Origin: Spizellomyces punctatus DAOM BR117
Lineage: Eukaryota
Length of the DNA: 64,000 nucleotides
Assembly: GCA_000182565.2 (NCBI GenBank)
Contig: KQ257451.1
Direction: 5' to 3' (one strand)
Part shown: piece after piece, positions 55,662 to 64,000 of the stretch
Layout: every line of letters starts with the position of its first letter
Position numbering within the stretch: the first letter of the stretch is position 1
Program-made: the position numbers and the translations under genes
The notes under the pieces: generated by a model
Databases searched by the model: none
What the model saw: the letters and a program-made list of their open reading frames with translations, nothing else
Told to the model about the DNA's origin: nothing

Positions 55662-56569
55662 ATGACCTCAATACCACCAAATCAAACTCTTTACATTCGG
55701 AATCTCAACGAAAAGGTTCAGAAAGAAGGTACGATGTTGCCAAAACTTGACTCAGTGGCGGGGCATGAATCTGACTTCATCCCAGACATACGCAGGAATC
55801 TTTACTACCTTTTCTCACAGCATGGACACGTTCTGGACGTCGTAGCACTGAAAACTATAAAAATGCGTGGTCAGGCCTTTGTTGTGTTTAGAGATATCTC
55901 AAGCGCGACGACCGCCATGCGAGCTTTACAGGAATTCCCATTTTTCGATAAAAACATGGTATGTTGGATGGTCGTGCAAGTTGACCTCTCGGGTTGCTTT
56001 GGCTACATCGGGGACGGGCACTCACATGGGAACCTTCCATGTTAGAAAATCAGCTTTGCGAAAACAAAGTCAAATGCCGTGAGATTCCATGAGGGAGTGT
56101 ACACTGCGCCAGCCAAAGAAACTGCTCCATCGACTACTCCCGCAGCACAGAAGCGACCGCGTGAGGATGAAGAAGAAAGCGAAGCAAAAAGGACACGGTC
56201 TGATCAACAGACTAGCCAAGAGGAGGAGGCCGAATCTGCTAATGGTAGGTTGCCAATATTGTCAAGGGCTCTGCAGAAGATAATCGTTGACTTGTGTCTT
56301 AAGCACAAGCATCGGATCAAACACAAGTCAACCCTCCGAACCGGATTCTTTTCCTCACCAATTTACCCACATCCGTATCCGAAGATATGCTTGCAATGTT
56401 GTTCCAACAATATCCCGGATTCAAAGAGATTCGACTTGTTCCGGGCAAATCAGGCATTGCATTTGTCGAGTATGAGAGTGACGCCCAGGCTGAAACGGCC
56501 AAAGGCGTATTAAATGGATTCAAGCTAACCCCGACACATCCGATGACCGTTGAGTATGCCAAACGATAG
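55662..56569 (+). CDS. U1 snRNP A / U2 snRNP B'' two-RRM protein
   Basis: PPNQTLYIRNLNEK, LKTIKMRGQAFVVF, FPFFDKNM, PPNRILFLTNLP and LFQQYPGFKEIRLVPG..GIAFVEY. Confidence 0.93.
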
Positions 56570-57465
56570 GGAGGTTCGTGGTTGTGTTAGAAATAGTTAG
56601 TGTACAGCGGGTGATTTGTATTATAGGGACTGGTTTGTGCTTGATGAGCGTGTTTGTTCAAATAGAATGAACCGTATATGGTACGCATCTGCACATGTGT
56701 GGAAAGACTGCGCTCTGGTCGGCTCTCTGCACCAGTGAATTTGGTCACTGTGGTTATCTTGGGACTATCTTCCTCACCACAAACGAGCCTCAACATATGA
56801 AGGCTTTTCTTATAAGCTTTTCCAGTAAAGTCCTGACATTTTGTCTCATCAACTGGCATCATGTCGCCCATATTTCGACAAGAAGCACACTCCCGTCTAA
56901 CGTGGCGACACCAGCAGAATCTCTGAATCGCCATTCGGATGTGAGCGGGTTTTCAGTTAGACGTCATGTTGGGACTCCACCACTCGTTTGACTTGTGAGA
57001 GCCAAGGAGTGCAGAAGAAACTGGCATGCCATCCAAATTGAGCTTTAGAGAGCGGGATCCGTAAACTAGTATTCGCTCACTCCATGTTACGTTCATGTAA
57101 CAGCACCCTTACCATGGAGAGCTCTTCTGTTCAAGCTGCAGCTTATTCCAAGTTTTAAAATAATCACATTGTACGCTTTTTAACTCATGTAGAACACATG
57201 TCTTAAAACACCTGTGGTCAGCTATTGACTGTTCTGTCCATGGTATCGAATATCCTATGCAACGCTATATTCGGGAACATCACGATCAGAAAATGAGGAT
57301 ATGTGCCGGAGGGAACAATCAACCGTTTGCTTAACGAAGCCCCACGAGGGCATACCTCTATCGGTACCCTTTTTTTAGCGCATTATATGACAGGATGCTA
57401 CGACTTCCTATTTGGATCTTTACTCTAAACTTTTGACCTTTCAATTGTTACAAGAATATACGGCA

Positions 57466-58751
57466 ATGTCGGATGCGGCTGATCCACCTCCGGCCACCGA
57501 GCAGGTACCTGCTATTGAGCAACAGGATGAAGCAGCATTACCAGCAGAACCTCCAAAAGATCTCGATACGGCAATGTCCGTCACCCCAGCCCAAGCTATG
57601 GAGCTCAACCGTCGTGCCCAGGAAATCAAGCATGGATATGCCCTGTTGGCGATGAAGCGGATCGAGAACGCTTTTGCAGGACTGGATGACGAGAATAATA
57701 TGGACCAAGGAACGGAAGTGGTAGATTTAGGTGACGAGGAAAAGAAACTGAAGTAGGTTGCCAGCATCTTTCTCTTAAATGCACAAAGCATGACTTAGTG
57801 TTCGAACATCTCATCGGCATCTATCTGCACATGTAAAGCGAAGCTATGGCTGCCTATGCCTCGGAACTGCAATCATATGGCTTCCAGCCGGGGACAAACG
57901 ACTTTGAAACCGCCATGGCGGATCTCACTCAACCAATGGATGTGCCCAAGGAAACGGTCCAGGAACCCACTGTGCCAGTCATGCCGCCAAAAGCGGTGGA
58001 CCCATTGCCATATCATAATGTGTGGAAATCAGGTGTGATGGAATTGGGCAAGGACGAGATCAACGTGGAGGAGAAGGCTGAGGAAGAGCTAGTGCCAGAG
58101 CCACCCGTTGAGGTAGAACCTACTCCAATACCCGTTCCGCCGGAAGAAGAGAAGATAGATGAAGTCCCCGTAAAAGAGCCGGAACCCGTTTCACTCCCTC
58201 CGCCAGTACAACCACCCGTCACGGTTTCAACGTCGAAACCTCATACTCAGAAGCGCCTACCGCCGATTTTACCACGTCCAACGCTCAAAAAGCCCACCCC
58301 TGTTGTCAAACAGAGTGTTCAGGCCAGACCTCTTACACTATCGTTTACAAACTTCTCGGCCGCCTTCCCAACAGACCATTCTAATCAACCTACGCATCAT
58401 CCACCCCCCTCACAGCACCATTACCATCAGCCATCTCAGATCTCCCTTCTCCCACCGGACGCAACACCGCTCCGCGTCCTAGCTCCACAGAGAATGCAAA
58501 CGAGTTACCCAGGTATTACCTCGCCGTTCATTGCTGGGCCGGTACGACCAATGCAGGCGGGTGGCGGCATGGTGCAAGCTGGTATGCAGCAAAACAAGAA
58601 AGCGAATCCAAAGTGGGCTAAACAAGCGCAAGAGCAGCCGCCACCTTTGACCATAATGGAAGCAGTACATGGTCCATTGCCGCCTATCAAACATGCATCA
58701 CAAAGAGTTTTGCAGATGAGCAGCGACAGCAGAAAGGGCCCCCGCGGTTGA
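57466..58751 (+). CDS. Hypothetical Pro/Glu-rich protein (at least 2 exons)
   Basis: Consecutive long + strand ORFs 57412-57756 and 57846-58751 with coding-like composition; no recognised family. Confidence 0.55.
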
Positions 58752-59211
58752 TAGTAACAGATCGGATGAGCGTTCGCATAGCGTGCTGACATAGTATAGT
58801 ATGCTTATGTAGCTCCTATTCTAGGTACGACTGGATGTGTATCACGTTCTGTAGCATGTTCTGAAAGCAGATACATATCTATAGAGGGGCGTGTCTATCC
58901 GACGATTGTGAAATACGTAGTTTTCTTCAGCTCAACTGTCAGATTCTCCCTACCATATCTAAAAATTACCTCTAAAGTTGACAATGAGTCCGTTTCTACC
59001 AGCTGAAGTTGCTCCAAGCTCTTTCACATCGCGCTCAATTGTAAAGCAGAAGTCACTTTAGAAGTGGATTACCCCATTCAACGCCTTAAATTACATGAGT
59101 GCCGCTAATTTCCTGAGGACATATCAAAGAACTTGTCGATGCTTCAGTTTCGCAAGAATCCGCCTCGAAGATTATCCCACAGGTCGCCTCCCTGAGAAGC
59201 AGGAAAGTGAT

Positions 59212-60082
59212 TTAAGGTTCGCTGTAAAGTATTACAACAGCATCGTCGTTTCCGTGAAAATGTTGCAACGTCCTTGCTTGCATCTGCTTTGAATTAATAG
59301 GTATACTGTGGGTGCCGGTATGCCTTCGAAGAGTAAACTCAGAGGCGATATCGTCTATTTCATTCTTGATCTGAGTAACGGTATCTGATAGCGTGCTGGA
59401 TGAAGGTACAAAAATGGCCCCAAGGAGATTCGATTCGTCTCGAGTGGATCGGTAGACCAGCAATTCTTTCTCTGTTTCTGAGATCTTTGCTGTTTTCAAG
59501 GATAAACAAAATGCGTGTTCAACAGATGTTCAATCAACATCTCAATTACCTTGAACAGGTGCTTGATCTACAGGTGGCGGTGGTCTATTGGATACTGGCG
59601 ACGATTGCACGGGAGTGGCAGCGGAGGATGCGAATGATGGTTGTTGATCCAATGGAACAGAGTAAAGGGTATCAAAGGCAGGTGCGGCGAGATAACTAGG
59701 GACGAATTTCGGTGTGTTGGATTCTTCCACAGATTCCTCTTCCGGAGAGACATTGAGAAGCTGCCGTACTTCCGCTCCCTTTGCAATATCTGCAGCCTTC
59801 TGGCCTTTTGTGTTTTGTAGATCAGTGTCCGCTCCATGGTCCAGCAGTATTCGAACAATATCTGGGTGACTCCTTTGAGCAGCCCAGTGAAGGGCCGTCC
59901 ACTTATTGACCCGGTTTTGTGCATCTACATTCACCCCAGCCGTAAGGTAGTGTTGGACAACCTTGGCATTCCCGACAGCAGCTGCTTCTCGAAGCGCCTA
60001 AGATGTTGGGATGAGAAATCTGCCGTTCGGTGAGTGAATCTCGCGGGACACTTGCCTCTTCACGAGCGTCTTCTTGCCGCAT
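59212..60082 (-). CDS. Ankyrin-repeat protein, ANKRD40-like
   Basis: MRQEDAREE|ALREAAAVGN...GVNVDAQNRVNKWTALHWAA...GADTDLQN and the FVPSYLAAPAF motif; first intron is GC-AG. Confidence 0.8.
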
Positions 60083-60402
60083 ACTTTTTGCGTCAGCTCG
60101 GCTGCTAGACTGCTGGACCAAAACCTGACAAGTTAATCTCTTTGTACAATTGCAAGCGTTTGGAGGGCTCAGTCACGGGACTTCCCAAAGATCACTTTCA
60201 AAGAACGAGGGCCATGCAAAGATAACAGCACTGCAGGCACCAACACCTTTTATAATTCTTTATTACAATGCGTATCTATCTATCTATATATGATCCATCG
60301 CCGTTGCAGAGAAGAAACTGAAGACGGACCAGGGTTCGGGAATTTGAGTTGGCTGATATCTCCTCCGCGCAGGATGCAAAAATGCAACCACAGCTCTTAT
60401 GA

Positions 60403-60490
60403 CTCCCAAACGGGGAATCGAACCCCGGTCTTCCGCGCTCTGGTCTTTTGGACTGACAGGCGGAGGTACTAGCCACTATACTATTTGGGA
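60403..60490 (-). tRNA. tRNA-Asp(GTC) with a 16-nt intron (60438-60453)
   Basis: Acceptor stem TCCCAAA/TTTGGGA+G, D-arm TAGTATAGTGGCTAGTA, anticodon stem TCCGC/GCGGA with loop CT-GTC-A^C, T-loop GGTTCGATTCC, and a downstream T5 terminator near 60378-60382. Confidence 0.93.
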
Positions 60491-61651
60491 CTTGTTATCT
60501 CCGTCGCATGGATAATATCTGTTTGAAATGTAAGAGGCTCAGATCTGAGATGTCCATTAATAGCCTTTCATTTGGACACATTGACAGTGAGATATCTGCA
60601 AAAGTGGCTAGCTTCCGTGCGTCGTGGCCTATATGCTGCTCTAGTGCGATCGTTGGGCGTTTCTTATTGTCAATAGTTGATAAAATCATACAGAATAGTC
60701 ATCATTTTCGGACCTGGGGCTTGTTAATGTCGTCAAACGATTGGGTAGTCGCATCAATATCGTGTGGGATCTACCCAAGACTTGCTTGCAAAGAAGACAT
60801 TGACTCCAGCAAAACGTATGTGCACGGTCGAAGGATACACGCGGCCTCTAGCTAGTCTTTTGTATGGCAACCGCCTTTCCAGAATGCAAGATACTCCGGC
60901 ATTATCCAAATTCACATGTGAGTTGATGCATTCGTGACAGGATGAAAGCAGGCTGCACATGGACAAGTTTGGGCCATCGTTCCATTTACAGATGTCGCCT
61001 CCCTGGTGAATAATCTGCATGTCACCTCCTTGATCGTCTGATTGGCTAAGAAGGCTGCGTCTGACTGCGTCTGGCTAACAAATTCCCACCACTGAAGAAA
61101 GTGGCACAAAGGTTGGTTCTCTTTTGCATGCCGCATCATGCTCCCTCCTCACTGCTCTAGGACGCAATATTCATCCCGCTAGGTGAAAGGCTTTTGAGCG
61201 GCCGCGGGCATTTTGAAGCACAAACTGAAAGAGTCATAGATTTAATCAAGGAATGGACATGCTTCCATATGCAGAGTTATGCGGATGCTCAATTTATTGT
61301 CCACGTATGCCTCGTTTCATTCTCCTGAATAAACTGAACAGTGGCATTATGGGAGACGGATGCGATGGGATTACGGAGAGGAGTCGATTTCTTTAGGGAT
61401 CTGAATTCTGTATAGGCAGCACTGGCAGCTGTTGATGCTGAATCCTCGCTCACCCATCAGAGTTGAAAACGTTTGCAGACAAGAAGATTGTTGAAAATCG
61501 ACGATTTCCATCCCAAAAATCCTCATTTGGACTGAGCGCGTTGAAATGTCGTCAGCCGAGCATGACGCGCATTTGCTCTTCGAGTCTGCGCATATAATTC
61601 CTTTCCTAACACAACTGTTCTCTACCATCCTACCTTGTAAAAAAGAACCCA

Positions 61652-62264
61652 ATGCCACGCATCATTCCAGCAGCAATTGATATTCTACTCGTTGCCACAT
61701 TATTGGCAGGCCTACGACGATCTGGGGATTTTGGTATGTCAAATGTGTTCTTCACCAAATTGGATGTGCATATCTACAGGAATTGACACAACTAGTGTTG
61801 GGCCGCACTTTACTCTCAATATAGAATTTGCTACAGAACATATTGGCTCCCCAGCACTCCGGTGGTTAGCCATGCAATTCCTTTTTCTGGGCGAACGTGT
61901 CCTAGATATTCTCCTAGTCCTGACGAGAAGATATCCAACGTATTTCCGTCCTCGTATCGCAACGCATCATCCCCTACCACTTCCACATGATTTGACAGCA
62001 TATCCAGCGCATGTCGCGCAATCCTATGATCTCCCACTACCCCCGCACCCTATGTATATGCAGCAGGCTCAGGCACGAATCGCAGCAGCCGTGGTACGTA
62101 GGAGACAGAGTGTGCAAACTTGGGCTGCTGGTGGTTATCACGGCGTAAAGGGACAAATCGGACAGATGGTGCCTGTGGGACCTATGGGGGCGGGAATAAA
62201 TGGGCACGGGGCTGTACCTGGAATGCCCGCAGGAAACGTGCAAAGGAAGGCGGCAGAACGATGA
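61652..62264 (+). CDS. DUF1748-like small fungal protein with a C-terminal extension (2 exons)
   Basis: MPRIIPAAIDILLVATLLAGLRRSGDF|GID...FLFLGERVLD...YF matches the recalled D.vL.s..LAG.rR / lGE.v.D pattern. Confidence 0.6.
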
Positions 62265-62458
62265 CGGGAGGCTTGGCTGTAGTTTGGGTATTTTTTGGGG
62301 GGTAGATGTTTTCAGTTTTTCTTTGTTTGCGGAATCGCATCCGCTACTTGATTAAAGATGTGTTTACGATTCATGTACAATAATCTGATTATAAAATTCT
62401 GCATGGCGGTGGGCGGACGAGCGTAGATTTCAACAGTTCGATGGCCCATTGCATGCAA

Positions 62459-64000
62459 TCAATATTCTTTCCCACTCTTTGCTTTCCGGTAATATTCTCG
62501 CAGCTTTCCAAACAGCTTCTGTCTCTCTGACGCGTACCTAGAAAACCTGTCCATTACTATTTGCTTCCGCACATAGATAGTCAAAGCAGCCTTAACTTAC
62601 ATTAGAGCGGACGTCACAAAAGCGCATGCCCCACCGAGGAGAATATGCAAAATCTTGCTCTTCCAGGTATCCCATCCGTATAACAAAGGAAATATATACG
62701 TCACAATCCACGACACAACCAGGGTCGCATATACTTTGCCATCACCCGGAATCATTTCCTTCACCGACAGTGATCGTTTCATGTCCGAGGGCTGTTCCCA
62801 CTTCCTTGACTGCAAGTAAAACTCTCGTATGAAGTGCCAGCAGAAATATATCCGCATAATCATATTGGCGATATTCGCCACAACGAGTCCTCCAGGACCC
62901 ATCGTGAAAAGGTTCATCGTGACGTAAGCCACGAGTGCGAATACCGCGGAGCACACCACAAGCCAGTAGCTTTGCTTTTTTATCGTATGGGAATCACCCA
63001 CACCTTGGAGGAAGGCTTCTGTAATACCGTTTATGCCCATTACTGGGACATAAAGGCAGTAGATGGACAGGGCAAGAACGATATCTGGTGTGGAGGCTTT
63101 GGTGTTGCCGTACAAGATACTGATCAAGGTTCCACTGTAATTGGTAGCGAAAAAGACGAAGTAGGTGCCGAGACACAAGTGAAAGCGTATCAACGTTGAT
63201 AAGAGATCTAAGGAAGTTGCGAGAGACTCTTTTCGGACGCCTATTTGTTGTTCAAGGGTTCGACAATTTGGGCTGATTCGCGCGCAATGAGAGACATCAC
63301 TAACCAGTGGGATTGCTCAGTGTCCTAGAGAAAAACGCTCGAGCGGTTTCTTCCAATGGCTGGAAGACTATTCGTGCAATCAACGAGCCTGAAATTCCGA
63401 AGCCGCTTTCTTAGATGCGTCAATAGTATGCATCCCGCGCATAACGAAACTTACCCAGGTCGGACACCATCTTATACGCGCCCTTCTCGTCATTATTGCG
63501 ACCCATCCACATGAGTAGGATCCTGTCCCCTTCTGTAAGGATATACTTGAGGGCTGATTGTGCAGTAAAGCTTCCTGCTACTGACAAAAGATACGGGTCC
63601 AAGTAGAATGATTCCGTTTTCCTAAACGTGATTTCAAGGCTCTAGCTCCGGCCTTTGGATACGTTCGAGGATGCACTGTGCGCCAGATTACCCATGCCCA
63701 GTTATTTCTCTGATTTTGCAGGGACGCAATAAATGCGATAGGCTAGCGGAGCTGGATTCAGTGCTATATGACAATCGTGACATCACGGATTGACGCTTTA
63801 AGGCGCGGACGTAACCAAGGATCAGAAAAGCTGCGTACGCCAATTGGCCCCATGCGTAGGCTTCGGCACCGCCCATTTTCAACCCAAAAATCGATGCAGA
63901 CTTGAGCGACGTAATGGTCATGGTCAAAGCGAATGTCGTAACACAGCGCACTAACAGGGCCGTGCCTTCCACTTTTGCTCGAACATCATACAAGAATCTG
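62459..64000 (-). CDS. RFT1: Man5GlcNAc2-PP-dolichol translocation protein Rft1 (5' end beyond window)
   Basis: RAKVEGTAL, QSALKYILTEGD, GSLIARIVFQPLEE, YCLYVPVMGINGITEAF and GLVVANIANMIMRI. Confidence 0.92.

Noticed and set aside
60495-61140. Short minus-strand ORFs beside the tRNA
   Set aside because: No recognisable motifs or convincing exon chain; a gene call cannot be supported.

Overview
Gene-dense eukaryotic DNA with many short (mostly ~55-100 nt) spliceosomal introns. Gene content and a close homolog of the Spizellomyces punctatus Fanzor point to a chytrid fungus, probably Spizellomyces. The window holds about 30 multi-exon genes, mostly housekeeping (TOP2, UXS1, UGP1, SEC23, COA3-like, Derlin, Rab8/SEC4, GCH1, RPS21, SEC15, HOP2, a ZnF-UBP USP, PDXK, TLC-domain, ZIP transporter, CBM48 protein, CUL4, NDUFA9, 1-Cys PRX, S10 carboxypeptidase, U1A/U2B'', ANKRD40-like, DUF1748, RFT1), plus an intron-containing tRNA-Asp. 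The standout is a ~1.9-kb intronless Spu-1-like element (14029-15906, minus strand) encoding a Fanzor1, a eukaryotic TnpB/Cas12-related RNA-guided nuclease. Its left TIR is intact and abuts a 5'-CATA TAM. Its 3' part (second Zn-finger half, RuvC-III, omegaRNA scaffold, most of the right TIR) is deleted, yet the ORF is uninterrupted and ends in a host-derived tail. Also notable: a probable Clr2-N/INO80E/HMG-box fusion gene, an intronless gene resembling bacterial polymorphic-toxin RNase domains, and three GC-AG introns. All homology calls come from motif recognition and recalled sequences; no database searches were run.
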